A stretch of DNA of 63,419 nt, from contig CALXPY010000002.1 in assembly GCA_944390395.1 (NCBI GenBank), positions 1-63,419 on the forward strand, given 5' to 3'. Made by a program: the position numbers and the translations under genes. Positions 41,453 to 52,500 of the stretch are shown piece after piece. This stretch comes from an uncultured Clostridia bacterium (GTDB lineage Bacteria > Bacillota > Clostridia > TANB77 > CAG-508). How positions within the stretch are numbered: position 1 is the first letter of the stretch; every line of letters starts with the position of its first letter. The notes beneath the pieces were generated by a model. That model was not told the origin of the DNA. It searched no databases and was given only the letters and a program-made list of their open reading frames with translations.

Positions 41453-42503
41453 ATGAAAATTGTAAAAGAGAAAAGAGGAATAACATTAATAGCATTGGCA
41501 GTAACAATAATTGTTATTTTGATATTAGCGGGAGTGACAATAGATGCAGTATTTAGTGAAAATGGAATAATAAATAAAGCAAAAGAAGCGGCAAATGCAA
41601 TGAATAATGCAGTAGCAAATGATCAAGCCGAGCTAAATGATTTGTTTGAAGAATTAAATGAAATAATGAATTCGGAATGGAATAATAATATAGAAATACC
41701 AGATCCAGGACCAGATTTACCAACAAAAATAGAAGATGTAACAGACATACAAGATGAAACCATACAAGTAGAAGACGAATATGGGAATAAAGTAACAATC
41801 CCAAAAGGTTTTGAAGTAGTGGAAGAAGAAGGAACAACAGTACCAGAAGGAATAGTAATACAAGATAAAGATGAAAATCAATTTGTGTGGATACCAGTAG
41901 GAAGAGTGTATAAAGACGCAAGTAAAACAAATTATAGTGATATACAATTAGGAAGATATACGTTTAATACAAGTAATGGTACACCTACACCAGTACAATT
42001 AGCTTATACAGAAGAAAGTTCAGAAAATTATAAACAATTAGTATCATTAAATTTTAACGGGAATAATTATCAGGAATATGCAACTAGAGCAAATCCAGAT
42101 GGAATAGTATCAAGTGGAACTAATGGACTTAATGCAATAGCAAAAGACTTAGAAGGATTTGTAAATAGTGTAAGAGATAATGGTGGATATTATTTAGGAA
42201 GAATAGTATTTATACAAGAGATGGGGCATACAAATTATGCAAATAAGAATAGTGTAAATAAAGAAATTAAAAATACGGGAACCATTGGAGATGAAGTATG
42301 CAATATACATGATATGTCTTCTAATATAGAAGAATGGACTACAGAATACTGTACTTATTCAGATAGTAATATGGCACGACCATGTACGGAAAGACGGAGG
42401 ATATTATTCATGGGATAGTTATACCACATGTACAAGATCTTACTATGTTTCTGAATTTTCTACTCTTATAAAAGGATTTCGTATATTGTTATATATAAAA
42501 TAA
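41453..42503 (+). pseudogene. Prepilin-type N-terminus + FGE/SUMF1-like domain surface protein, frameshifted near 42385-42396
   Basis: MKIVKEKRGITLIALAVTIIVILILAGV pilin-like leader; QFVWIPVG and NIHDMSSNIEEWTTEYC FGE-like motifs. ORF stops at 42418, but the next frame continues GGYYSWDSYTTCTRSYYVSEFSTLIKGFRILLYIK* to 42503. Confidence 0.7.
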
Positions 42504-42570
42504 ATTTTAATAAGCAATAAAATTATACCACATTTCATGCTATAAACTAAAGTGACGTATATTAAAATTT

Positions 42571-42604
42571 AGAACATATCAAAATAAAGATATGTTCTTT
42601 TTTA
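42571..42604 (+). terminator. Rho-independent terminator
   Basis: AGAACATATC / GATATGTTCT perfect stem, then T6. Confidence 0.85.
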
Positions 42605-42670
42605 TTAATTTTTTTATGTTTGCAATTTGTCGAAAAGCAGGATAAAATACAACTTTATTGTGGATAACTC

Positions 42671-42699
42671 TTGACATTTACATAAAAAAAAATTATTAT
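42671..42699 (+). promoter_or_regulatory. Promoter of the aldose epimerase-family gene
   Basis: TTGACA 42671-42676, 17-nt spacer, TATTAT 42694-42699; a perfect DnaA box TGTGGATAA lies at 42659-42667. Confidence 0.5.
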
Positions 42700-42738
42700 A
42701 TATATGTGCATTTTGGCAGTAGAGGAGGGGAGAAAATT

Positions 42739-43608
42739 ATGCATACTCAAATGCTTACTTCTAAACATGGAGGAGAATTAATTAGTTTTAAACTAGATGG
42801 AGAAGAAAGAATACACCAAGGAGAAAATTGCAAAGATGAAAATGGAAAAGTTTATTGGAAAAGGCATTCACCTATATTGTTTCCAATTGTAGGAAAATTA
42901 AAAATGAATAGAACAATAATTGGTGGAAGAGTATATGAAATGTATCAACATGGATTTGCAAGAGATATGGATTTTGAACCTATCACTAAATTAGATAATT
43001 TTCATTCTTATGTGCTAAAAAGCAATAAAAACACAAATAGTAAATACCCTTACGATTTTGAATTATATACAACATATAGATTAGACGAGAATAAGTTAAC
43101 AACTATTTATAGAGTAATAAATACAAGCCTTGTTAATATGCCGTTTGGTATAGGCGGACATCCAGCATTTAAAATTGATCTGGATGAATTACAAAAAGGA
43201 AATTATTATTTAGAATTTGAAGAAAATGAAGATAAAATTCACTTTTTGTATTTAGTTGATGGATTAATTGGAATTGATTATGCAAAAAATATTATAAAAG
43301 ACAAAAAAATAATTGAATTAGATTCAAAAACATTTAATAATGATGCTATAATAATGAAAGGATTAACATCACATAAAATTAGTTTGAAAAACAAAGCAAG
43401 TGGAAAAACATTACTTACAATGGATTTTACAGATTTTCCATATTTGGCTTTATGGTCAAAACCAAATGCTCCATTTTTATGTATTGAGCCATGGTATTCA
43501 ACAGCAGATAATGTAAAAAGTACAGGTGTATTTACACAAAAACAGGATATAATTTTATTAAAACCAAAAGAAACTTTTGAATGTAAATATACTGTGGAAT
43601 TCTTTTAA
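42739..43608 (+). CDS. Aldose 1-epimerase family protein
   Basis: ...WKRHSPILFPIVGKL...QHGFARD...GGHPAF...; ATG 42739 behind GAGGAGGGGAG. Confidence 0.75.
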   Translation: MHTQMLTSKHGGELISFKLDGEERIHQGENCKDENGKVYWKRHSPILFPIVGKLKMNRTIIGGRVYEMYQHGFARDMDFEPITKLDNFHSYVLKSNKNTNSKYPYDFELYTTYRLDENKLTTIYRVINTSLVNMPFGIGGHPAFKIDLDELQKGNYYLEFEENEDKIHFLYLVDGLIGIDYAKNIIKDKKIIELDSKTFNNDAIIMKGLTSHKISLKNKASGKTLLTMDFTDFPYLALWSKPNAPFLCIEPWYSTADNVKSTGVFTQKQDIILLKPKETFECKYTVEFF

Positions 43609-43630
43609 AAATAAAAAAGGAGATAATATA

Positions 43631-43822
43631 ATGTTACAAATAATTCTTACTGTTATAGGAATACTGCTAGCAGCAGTAGGAACAGTATTTATATATGATG
43701 CACGTGTCTTAACAAAAAAATGGTTTGGATTTGGAGATCAAAATGAAGCTAGTTTAGGATTTAAAATTATAGGATTTATAGTAGCAATTACGGGAGCTTT
43801 ATTAGTGTTTTTTAATATTTAA
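43631..43822 (+). CDS. Small two-TM membrane protein
   Basis: MLQIILTVIGILLAAVGTVFIY...IIGFIVAITGALLVFF; SD AAGGAGA. Confidence 0.5.
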   Translation: MLQIILTVIGILLAAVGTVFIYDARVLTKKWFGFGDQNEASLGFKIIGFIVAITGALLVFFNI

Positions 43823-43907
43823 ATAAATTGAAAAATTTTGAATTCCTACTCCTACAATGAATGTAATTAAAAGGAAAAGAAAAAAATAAAAAAAAGTCAA
43901 AAAAACA

Positions 43908-43936
43908 TTGACTATAATATAAAAAAGGTATACAAT
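43908..43936 (+). promoter_or_regulatory. Promoter of the LPXTG protein gene
   Basis: TTGACT 43908-43913, 17-nt spacer, TACAAT 43931-43936. Confidence 0.5.
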
Positions 43937-44036
43937 ATTCATTGTAGAAAATAATATATATTATTTTAGTATAATTTTGGCTAAAAAATGTATAATATTA
44001 ATAAACGTATATCTAAAGAAAAGGAGAATGTTAAAT

Positions 44037-44423
44037 ATGATTAAAAATGTAAAAAATGTAATTTTAGTAAGTGGATTAGTTTTAGCTATTATGTTCTGTT
44101 TAGTTAGTCCAGTATTTGCAACAGATACAAATAACGCTGTTGATTTACCTATAATATCAAATAATGAGGCTACTACAGATAACAATGAACAAGTAAACAA
44201 TCAAGAAGAAAATAATACAGTAGCTAACAATGAGGAAAATAATACTGAACCTGAATTAAACAATGAAAATGTCAATAATTCAAACACAAATACAGCTGCA
44301 AATGGTACTCTACCACAAACTGGAGTAACAGAAGATGCTACTATTATATTTTTTATAGCAATATGTATTATTTCTGCAATCTATGCTTATAAAAAAATTA
44401 GAGATTATAAAAATATTAAATAA
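44037..44423 (+). CDS. Small N/E-rich LPXTG cell-wall-anchored protein
   Basis: Signal peptide ...VSPVFATD, LPQTG + hydrophobic segment + KKIRDYKNIK tail. Confidence 0.85.
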   Translation: MIKNVKNVILVSGLVLAIMFCLVSPVFATDTNNAVDLPIISNNEATTDNNEQVNNQEENNTVANNEENNTEPELNNENVNNSNTNTAANGTLPQTGVTEDATIIFFIAICIISAIYAYKKIRDYKNIK

Positions 44424-44431
44424 AAATATAG

Positions 44432-44459
44432 AGGAACGAATATTAAATCGTTCCTTTTT
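44432..44459. terminator. Terminator shared by the convergent LPXTG and sortase genes
   Basis: AGGAACGA / TCGTTCCT stem, then TTTT; overlaps the sortase stop. Confidence 0.7.
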
Positions 44460-45198
44460 CTTTTGCTTTTACAACAATTCTTGTGCCATTTACATTATTA
44501 CAAGTCAGTAAAGTTATTATTCTTTTGCCTCCTACATCTTGAGAAGTACAAGATAAATCATCTACTTCTACTTCATATTTATCATAAACAACGTAATCTA
44601 ATTTGTTTCCAGTGTAATCATATATTTGTACAATATCATTTTTTTCTAGTTCATTTAATCTACTAAACAATTTATAATCTACATAGTTATGACCTGCTAT
44701 ACAAAGGTTACCCACTTCATTAGGTAAAGGGCCTGCAAACCTACAAAGAGACATTTTTAATAATTCTTTATTACTTTGTGATAAGATAGGATAGTTTAAG
44801 TTTATTTTATCTATTTTTATCATGCCTATTACAAACAAAGATGATTTATCTACAGAATTATTTAACTTTTCGGTTTCATAATTGTTGTCCTCTGAATATA
44901 ATGTGGTCAAATTAAAGGAATTTAATAACTGCTTTGACATTTTTTCTTTTTTGGTATTTAAATAGTTATTAATATAAAAAACAAATATAAAAATGATTGC
45001 TGCAATGGATGAAATAATAAATTGAAATTTGTATTTGAATTTGTTTTTGACTTTAGGAATATTTTTTTTGTCTTGAGGAGACTTATTCTCTTCAAATGGA
45101 ATGGAAGAAATTTCGTTGCTAAATTCTACATTTATTTTTTTCTTAAAGTTATTTTCTTTAGATAAGATTTGATTCATTATTAAACTCATTCCTTTCAA
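44443..45198 (-). CDS. Sortase (cysteine transpeptidase)
   Basis: N-terminal TM, CIAGHNY histidine region, ITLLTCNN catalytic TLxTC, R in VVKAKE region. Start uncertain (TTG 45198, or ATG 45189/45177). Confidence 0.85.
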   Translation of the reverse strand: MKGMSLIMNQILSKENNFKKKINVEFSNEISSIPFEENKSPQDKKNIPKVKNKFKYKFQFIISSIAAIIFIFVFYINNYLNTKKEKMSKQLLNSFNLTTLYSEDNNYETEKLNNSVDKSSLFVIGMIKIDKINLNYPILSQSNKELLKMSLCRFAGPLPNEVGNLCIAGHNYVDYKLFSRLNELEKNDIVQIYDYTGNKLDYVVYDKYEVEVDDLSCTSQDVGGKRIITLLTCNNVNGTRIVVKAKEKGTI

Positions 45199-45375
45199 GA
45201 TTTTACGCCAATATTTACCTGTAATTTATGAAAAAAATCTTTTAATAATATTATTAGCAGTTGCAAAAAAAATATAAATAAAAAACTTAAGAAAATTTTA
45301 AAAAATGATACAAAAAAATACTAATCTATGATAGAATATAGAAGATTAAAAAATAAAGTAAGGAGAGTGTAAAGT

Positions 45376-46086
45376 GTGTCGCAATTAAAATATAAAAGAG
45401 TACTATTAAAATTAAGCGGAGAAGCTTTAGCTGGAGAAAAAAAAGTAGGTATAGATGCACAAACAGTAGGTAAAGTTTGTGATCAAGTAAAACATTTAGT
45501 AGAATTAGGAGTTGAAGTCGCAATAGTAGTTGGAGGAGGAAACTTTTGGAGGGGAAAGTTCGGACACGATATGGAAAGAACAACTTCTGATTATATGGGA
45601 ATGCTCGCAACAACTATGAATGGTTTAGCACTTCAAGATGCTTTAGAAGCAAGAGGAATATATACAAGATTGCAAACTGCTATAGAAATGAGAGAAATTG
45701 CAGAACCATACATAAAAAGAAAAGCATTAAAGCATTTAGAAAAAGGCAGAGTTGTAATTTTTGGTGCAGGAACAGGCAATCCATTTTTTACAACAGATAC
45801 AGCAGCTGCATTAAGAGCTGCAGAAATAGAAGCAGAAGTAATACTAGTTGGAAAAACAATAGATGGTGTATATTCAGAAGATCCAAAAATAAATAAAGAT
45901 GCTATAAAATATGATGAAATTACATATTTGGATATTTTAAATAAAAATCTAAAAGTTATGGATTCAACAGCTATATCTCTTTGCAGAGACAATGATATTG
46001 AATTAGTAGTTTTTGCAATAGAAGAGCCAGAAAATATTATTAAGGCTGTAAAAGGTGAAAAAGTAGGCACATTTATACACGAATAA
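45376..46086 (+). CDS. pyrH: UMP kinase
   Basis: [13 protein letters not shown]...[10 protein letters not shown]...[11 protein letters not shown]; GTG start behind AAGGAGAG. Confidence 0.95.
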   Translation: MSQLKYKRVLLKLSGEALAGEKKVGIDAQTVGKVCDQVKHLVELGVEVAIVVGGGNFWRGKFGHDMERTTSDYMGMLATTMNGLALQDALEARGIYTRLQTAIEMREIAEPYIKRKALKHLEKGRVVIFGAGTGNPFFTTDTAAALRAAEIEAEVILVGKTIDGVYSEDPKINKDAIKYDEITYLDILNKNLKVMDSTAISLCRDNDIELVVFAIEEPENIIKAVKGEKVGTFIHE

Positions 46087-46119
46087 AAAATTATAAAATA
46101 GAAAGGAAAGAAATTAATT

Positions 46120-46665
46120 ATGGATAATAGATTTGAAGAAAAAATGAACAAAACAATTAGCGTTTTTGAGGAAAATTTGTCAGAGATTAGAGCAGGTAGA
46201 GCTAACCCTGCAATATTAAATAAAATAACAGTAAATTATTATGGAGTACCTACTCCGATAAATCAAGTAGCTGGAATATCAGTTCCAGAGGCTAGATTAA
46301 TATTAATACAACCATGGGATACAAGTATTTTAAAAGAAATAGAAAAAGAAATTTTAAAATCAGATATAGGAATTAATCCAAATAATGATGGAAAAGTAAT
46401 AAGACTAGCTTTTCCTGAATTAAATGAAGAGAGAAGAAAAGAAATAGTAAAAGATATTAAAAAAATGGGAGAGGAAGCAAAAGTAGCTATAAGATCTATA
46501 AGAAGAGATGCAATAGATGAAGCAAAAGCAATGCAAAAAAATTCTGAAATAACAGAAGACGATTTAAAAAATGAGGAAGAAGCTATTCAAAAATTAACAG
46601 ATAAAAAAATAGAAGAAATAGACAAAATTTTAGAAGCTAAAGAAAAGGAAGTTATGAGTATTTAA
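46120..46665 (+). CDS. frr: Ribosome recycling factor
   Basis: ...[23 protein letters not shown]...IRSIRRDA... Confidence 0.95.
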   Translation: MDNRFEEKMNKTISVFEENLSEIRAGRANPAILNKITVNYYGVPTPINQVAGISVPEARLILIQPWDTSILKEIEKEILKSDIGINPNNDGKVIRLAFPELNEERRKEIVKDIKKMGEEAKVAIRSIRRDAIDEAKAMQKNSEITEDDLKNEEEAIQKLTDKKIEEIDKILEAKEKEVMSI

Positions 46666-46691
46666 ATTTGGAGAAGAGGTTGAAAATAGTT

Positions 46692-47399
46692 ATGGAAGAA
46701 AAAAATATGCCACAGCACATTGCAATTATTATGGATGGAAATAGAAGATGGGCAAGAGAAAAAGGGCTAGAAATAAAATTAGGTCATAAAGCTGGTGCAG
46801 AAAACCTAGAAAAAATAGCTAAGTATGCAAATAAAATAGGCATAAAATATTTAACTGTTTATGCATTTTCTACAGAAAACTGGAAAAGAACTAAAGAAGA
46901 GGTTGGAGCTTTAATGTTCTTATTAAAGAACTATGTAGAGGATTTACTAAAAAGAACAAGTTCCGATAACATAAGAATAAAAGTATTAGGTGACATAGAG
47001 GGATTGGATAAGAGTTTAAAAGATTCAATTCTAAAATTACTAGATAAAACTAAAAATAATACTGGACTAACTTTAAATATTGCTTTTAACTATGGAGGAA
47101 GAGATGAAATAACAAAGGCTGTTAAAAAGATAGCAAATAAAGTAAAAAATAATGAGATAAACATAGAAGATATAGATGAAAACTTAGTTTCTAATAATTT
47201 ATATACTGCTGGAATGCCAGATCCAGACTTATTAATTAGACCAGGAGGAGAACTAAGAATAAGTAACTATTTACCATGGCAATTGGCTTATACAGAATTT
47301 ATGTTTATTCCTAAATATTGGCCAGACTTTTCTGAGAAAGATTTAGAAGAAGCAATAGAAGAATTTAGTAAAAGGAACAGAAAATTTGGAGGAAAATAA
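46692..47399 (+). CDS. uppS: Undecaprenyl pyrophosphate synthase
   Basis: HIAIIMDGNRRWA...LTVYAFSTENWKR...RISNYLPWQLAYTEF; start could be TTG 46668. Confidence 0.93.
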   Translation: MEEKNMPQHIAIIMDGNRRWAREKGLEIKLGHKAGAENLEKIAKYANKIGIKYLTVYAFSTENWKRTKEEVGALMFLLKNYVEDLLKRTSSDNIRIKVLGDIEGLDKSLKDSILKLLDKTKNNTGLTLNIAFNYGGRDEITKAVKKIANKVKNNEINIEDIDENLVSNNLYTAGMPDPDLLIRPGGELRISNYLPWQLAYTEFMFIPKYWPDFSEKDLEEAIEEFSKRNRKFGGK

Positions 47400-47420
47400 A
47401 TTATTGAAAGGACATAAAAA

Positions 47421-48227
47421 ATGAATTTTAAAAGAATTATATCAGGTCTTATATTATTTCCTTTAGTAGCCATATTACTTATTTTTGGAAATACTTATGT
47501 AGTAGATGTAACGATCGCAGTGGTTGCAATATTAAGCTTATATGAATTCTATAAATCTTTTGAAGGAAAAGCTAAACCAGTAACATGGTTGGGATATATT
47601 GCAGCTGCTTCAATATCTTTAATACATCTAGTGCCACAAGGCATGACATTGAAATTAGTTGGTATAATAATACCATTATCAATATTATTACTTTTTGCAA
47701 TAGTTATACATAGAGAAATGAAAATTAATATATTTGATATAGCAATTACCTTTTTTGGAATTTGCTATATTGTAATATTCTTAATGTTTATTTCTATTAT
47801 AAGAGAAAATATTCCACAAGGAAGAATATTATTGTGGTATGTATTTTTTACTTCATGGGGAACAGATATATTTGCGTACTTTGTGGGAAAAAGCATCGGA
47901 AAACACAAATTTACTAAAATTAGTCCAAATAAAACAATAGAAGGATGCATTGGCGGAACTATAGGATCTGTTATTTTGGTTTTAATTTACACACTAATTT
48001 GTAATACAGTATTTAATTTGAATATAAATTATATATATATATTATTAGTTGGAATAATATTAAGTTTAATAGGACAATTGGGGGATTTGGCAGCATCTTC
48101 AATAAAAAGATTTAATGGAATAAAAGATTTTAGCGAACTTATTCCAGGGCACGGAGGAATGTTAGATAGAATAGATAGTATTATATTTATAGCACCTTTT
48201 GCATATCTATTCTTGTCAATACTATAA
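47421..48227 (+). CDS. cdsA: Phosphatidate cytidylyltransferase
   Basis: Multi-TM; ...ISPNKTIEGCIGG...GDLAASSIKR...KDFSELIPGHGGMLDRIDS. Confidence 0.93.
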   Translation: MNFKRIISGLILFPLVAILLIFGNTYVVDVTIAVVAILSLYEFYKSFEGKAKPVTWLGYIAAASISLIHLVPQGMTLKLVGIIIPLSILLLFAIVIHREMKINIFDIAITFFGICYIVIFLMFISIIRENIPQGRILLWYVFFTSWGTDIFAYFVGKSIGKHKFTKISPNKTIEGCIGGTIGSVILVLIYTLICNTVFNLNINYIYILLVGIILSLIGQLGDLAASSIKRFNGIKDFSELIPGHGGMLDRIDSIIFIAPFAYLFLSIL

Positions 48228-48243
48228 ACAGGAGGAATTTTAC

Positions 48244-49503
48244 TTGTTAACCTTTTTAATTACTGTTTTTAAGATAATATTTATATTGGGATTTTTAGTA
48301 CTTATACATGAAGGTGGACATTTCTTAGTAGCAAGATTGTGCAAAATAAGAGTAAATGAATTTGCAATAGGTTTTGGACCAACAATATGGAAAAAACAAG
48401 GAAAAGAGACAAAATATGCAATAAGACTAATACCTTTAGGTGGATTTGTAAATATGGAAGGAGAAGAAGAACGTTCTGAAGAAGAAGGTTCTTTTAGCAT
48501 GGCAAGCATTCCTAAAAGAATTGCTGTTGTAGCAGCAGGAGGATTAGTTAATATTATTTTTGCACTTATTACATATTTTATACTTATGGCATCTTTAGGT
48601 AACAATGTATCTACTGTTGTAGATTCAACAATTCCTAACCAAAGTGCAGAAGCTGCTGGTATAATTTCTGGAGATAAAATAACAAAAATAAATAATAAAA
48701 CTATAAGAAACAAAACTGATTTTGATCAAATTTTAGAAGAATGTAATGGAGAACCTCTAGAGGTAGAAGTGGAAAGAAATGGAGAGAAATTGCAATTTAC
48801 TATTATTCCAACAGCAGAAGAATATAATTATACAGGAATTGCAGTAAAATATACTAGAAGCAATCCAACTACAGAAATAGTAACTTTAGATCCTAATAGT
48901 CCAGCTGAGGTACAAGGATTATTACCTGGAGATGTTATTACAAAAGTTAATGGAGAGGATGTAAAGGATAATCCACAGAAGTTATTAGAATGTATAAATA
49001 AATCAGATAAATTAAATTTTGAAATAGAAAGAGAAAATGAAAATATTGAAATTACTATAGAGCCACAGGTAAGATATGACTATTATTTAGGAGTATACTT
49101 ACAAAGAGCAGAAAATAATTTTGCTAATAATATGTATTATGCTTTTTGGGATACTGGCGATTTTGCTTTTTCGATAAAAGATAATTTAAAATTATTATTC
49201 TCAGGAGAGGTTTCAGTAAATCAATTAATGGGACCAGTAGGTATTGGAGAAGTAGTAGCAGAGACCAATGGAGTTGCAGACTTTGTATATATTTTGGCAC
49301 TTATATCAATATCTTTAGGAGTAACAAATTTATTACCATTTCCACCTCTTGATGGAGGAAAAATTGTTATACTTTTATTAGAAGCAATAAGAAGAAAACC
49401 TTTAAAACAAGAAACAGAAATAAAAATACAAATGGTAGGTTTTATGTTATTAATAGGCTTATCTATATATGTAGCATATAATGATATTTTAAGAATTTTC
49501 TAA
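48244..49503 (+). CDS. rseP: RIP (site-2) zinc metalloprotease RseP/RasP
   Basis: HEGGHFLVAR (HExxH), PDZ regions, NLLPFPPLDGG; TTG 48244 behind AGGAGGA. Confidence 0.9.
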   Translation: MLTFLITVFKIIFILGFLVLIHEGGHFLVARLCKIRVNEFAIGFGPTIWKKQGKETKYAIRLIPLGGFVNMEGEEERSEEEGSFSMASIPKRIAVVAAGGLVNIIFALITYFILMASLGNNVSTVVDSTIPNQSAEAAGIISGDKITKINNKTIRNKTDFDQILEECNGEPLEVEVERNGEKLQFTIIPTAEEYNYTGIAVKYTRSNPTTEIVTLDPNSPAEVQGLLPGDVITKVNGEDVKDNPQKLLECINKSDKLNFEIERENENIEITIEPQVRYDYYLGVYLQRAENNFANNMYYAFWDTGDFAFSIKDNLKLLFSGEVSVNQLMGPVGIGEVVAETNGVADFVYILALISISLGVTNLLPFPPLDGGKIVILLLEAIRRKPLKQETEIKIQMVGFMLLIGLSIYVAYNDILRIF

Positions 49504-49515
49504 AGGAGAGCATTT

Positions 49516-52500
49516 ATGGTACAAACAGATACAAAAATGGTTAAAGAAATTTTTAAAGATTTTAATTTTAACAGTTTTGAACTAAGTGATGCAATTATAT
49601 TAAATGTAAACTTATATAAAAAAACGGCTAAAATGCAACTTGATTTACAGACTAGTAAGATTATTAAACTTAAAGAACTAATAGATTTTGAAAAATATAT
49701 AGAAGATAGATTTTTTATTAAACAAGTAGTAATAACAATAAAATATGATGAAGAAATAGATGTAAATTTTCAAGATGAATGGAAAGATTTATATGAATAT
49801 ATTTCATATAAATATCCATTAATCCATGCACTATTAAAAAATAGTAATTTAATTGCTCAAGATAATAAAATAAGAATTGATTTAGTATGTAAAGGAAAAG
49901 ATGTATTAGAAGCAAGAGGATTTGATAGATTAATAGAAGAAACAATAAAAAATATTTATGGTAAAAAATATAAAGTAGAGTTCAAGGAAGATATCCCTGA
50001 AAACTTTATAGAACAGTGCCAAGAGCAAGCAAAAGAACTAGAAAAGCAAGCTATAAAATTAATGGAACAAGAAGTAAAAGAAACAGTAAAAGAAGAGAAA
50101 AAAGAAATAAAAGAAGTTGTCAAAGAAGAAAAAGTAGAGGAAGTAAAAGAAGAAAAATCACCATTAATATATGGTAGAAGCTTAAAAATAAAAGAACAAT
50201 TAAGCAAAATTTCTGAACTATCAGTAGATAGTGGAAAAGTGTTATTAGATGGAGAAATATTAAATACAGATACAAGAGAACTAAAATCAGGTAAATTCCT
50301 TTTAACATTTGATCTATATGATGGTTCTAGTACAATAACATGTAAGGCATTTTTAGAAGCGGATAAAAAAGACGCTATTATGTCTAAGCTTAAGGGAGTA
50401 AAAGGTGTAAAAGTTGAAGGAACTGCACAATTTGATCCATTTTCTAAAGAATTAGGCGTAATATCAAATACAATAATAGAATCTACAGGAATAAAAAGAG
50501 AAGTTAGAAAAGATGAAGCAAAAATTAAAAGAGTGGAGCTTCACTTACATACACAAATGAGCCAAATGGATGGAATGACAGCTGCAAAAGATTTATTAAA
50601 AAGAGCTGTAAAATGGGGAATGAAGTCTATAGCAATAACAGATCATGGAGTTGTACAAGCCTTTCCAGAAGCACATAAGTATTTAGAAAAAGATCATCCA
50701 GATTTAAAAGTTATTTATGGTGTTGAAGCATATTTGGCCCCAGATAATACTTCTGCAGTTTCTTTCTCTAAAAACCAACCACTTGATGATACAACATTTT
50801 GTGTTTTAGATTTAGAAACTACAGGATTTTCTTTTAGGACAGAGAAAATAACAGAAATAGGAATAATGAAAGTAAAAAATGGAGAAGTTATAGATGAGTT
50901 TTCATGCTTTGTAAATCCAGAAAAGCCTATACCTCCAAGAGTTGTAGAAGTAACTAATATTACAGACGAAATGGTAAAAGATGCAGAAACTATAGATAAA
51001 GTTATGCCTAAACTTTTAGAATTTGTTGGAGATAGTGTATTAGTTGCACATAATGCGGATTTTGATATAGGCTTTTTAAAACATAATTGTGCAGAGCTAG
51101 GATATAAATTAGATAACACTTATGTAGATACTTTAAGATTAGCAAAACAATTATTTCCAACATTTAAAAAATATAAATTGGGAATTATAGCAGAAAATTT
51201 AGGAATAAAAGTAGAAGTAGCACATAGAGCTTTAGATGATGTAGATACGACAGTTAAAGTTTTAAATGTAATGTTTAAAATGCTTAAAGATAAAAATGTA
51301 GTTACATTGGATGATATAGAAAATGCTGTAGGAAAAGCAGATTACAAAAGTTTACCTACATACCATGCAATTATTTTGGCAAAAGATTATGTTGGACTTA
51401 AGAACTTATACAAATTGATATCATACTCACATTTACATTACTTTTATAAGAAACCACGTATTTTAAAATCACTATACAAAAAATATTCAGAAGGATTAAT
51501 GTTGGGAAGTGCATGTGAGCAAGGAGAAATATATAGAGCAATAATAGCTGGTAAGACAGATGAAGAATTAGAAGAAATTGCAGCAGATTATGATTATTTG
51601 GAGATTCAGCCTTTAGGAAATAATATGTTTATGGTTAGAAATGAAACTGTGGCGAGTGTAGAAGAATTAAAGGATATAAACAGAAAAATAGTTGAGTTGG
51701 GAGATAGATTAGGCAAGCCAGTAGTTGCTACTTGTGATGTTCATTTTATGGACCCTGAAGATGAAATATATAGAAGAATATTAATGGCAGGACAGGGATA
51801 TGATGACGCAGATGAACAAGCACCTTTATATTTGAGAACGACAGAAGAAATGCTAAAAGAATTTGAATATTTAGGAGAAGAAAAAGCATACGAGGTAGTT
51901 GTTACAAATACAAATAAAATAGCAGATATGTGTGAAAAAATAAGTCCAATATCTCCAGAAAAATGTCCACCTCATATTGAAGGATGCGAAGAGGATATAA
52001 AAAGAATTGCTTTTGACAAAGCACACGAATTATATGGTGATCCACTTCCAGAAATTGTTCAATCAAGAATAGATAAAGAACTGGATTCAATTATAAAAAA
52101 TGGTTTCTCGGTTATGTATATTATTGCACAAAAACTAGTATGGAAATCAAATGAAGATGGATATATAGTAGGTTCAAGAGGATCAGTTGGATCATCGTTT
52201 GCAGCGTATTTGACTGGAATTACAGAGGTAAACTCACTGCAACCACATTATAGATGCCCAAATTGTAAATATTCAGATTTTACAGATTATGGATATAAAA
52301 ACGGATTTGATTTACCAGATAAAAAATGTCCTAAATGCGGACATGACCTAAAAAAAGATGGTATGGATATACCGTTTGAAACATTTTTGGGATTTGATGG
52401 AGATAAGGAACCGGATATAGATTTAAACTTTTCAGGAGAGTATCAAGCTAAAGCACATAAGTATACAGAAGTTATATTTGGTAAAGGAACTACATTTAAA

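Noticed and set aside
42659-42667. Single perfect DnaA box TGTGGATAA abutting the -35 of the aldose-epimerase promoter
   Set aside because: One isolated 9-mer match is within chance expectation for a window of this size. It is only noted in relation to the real cluster at 54.4 kb.
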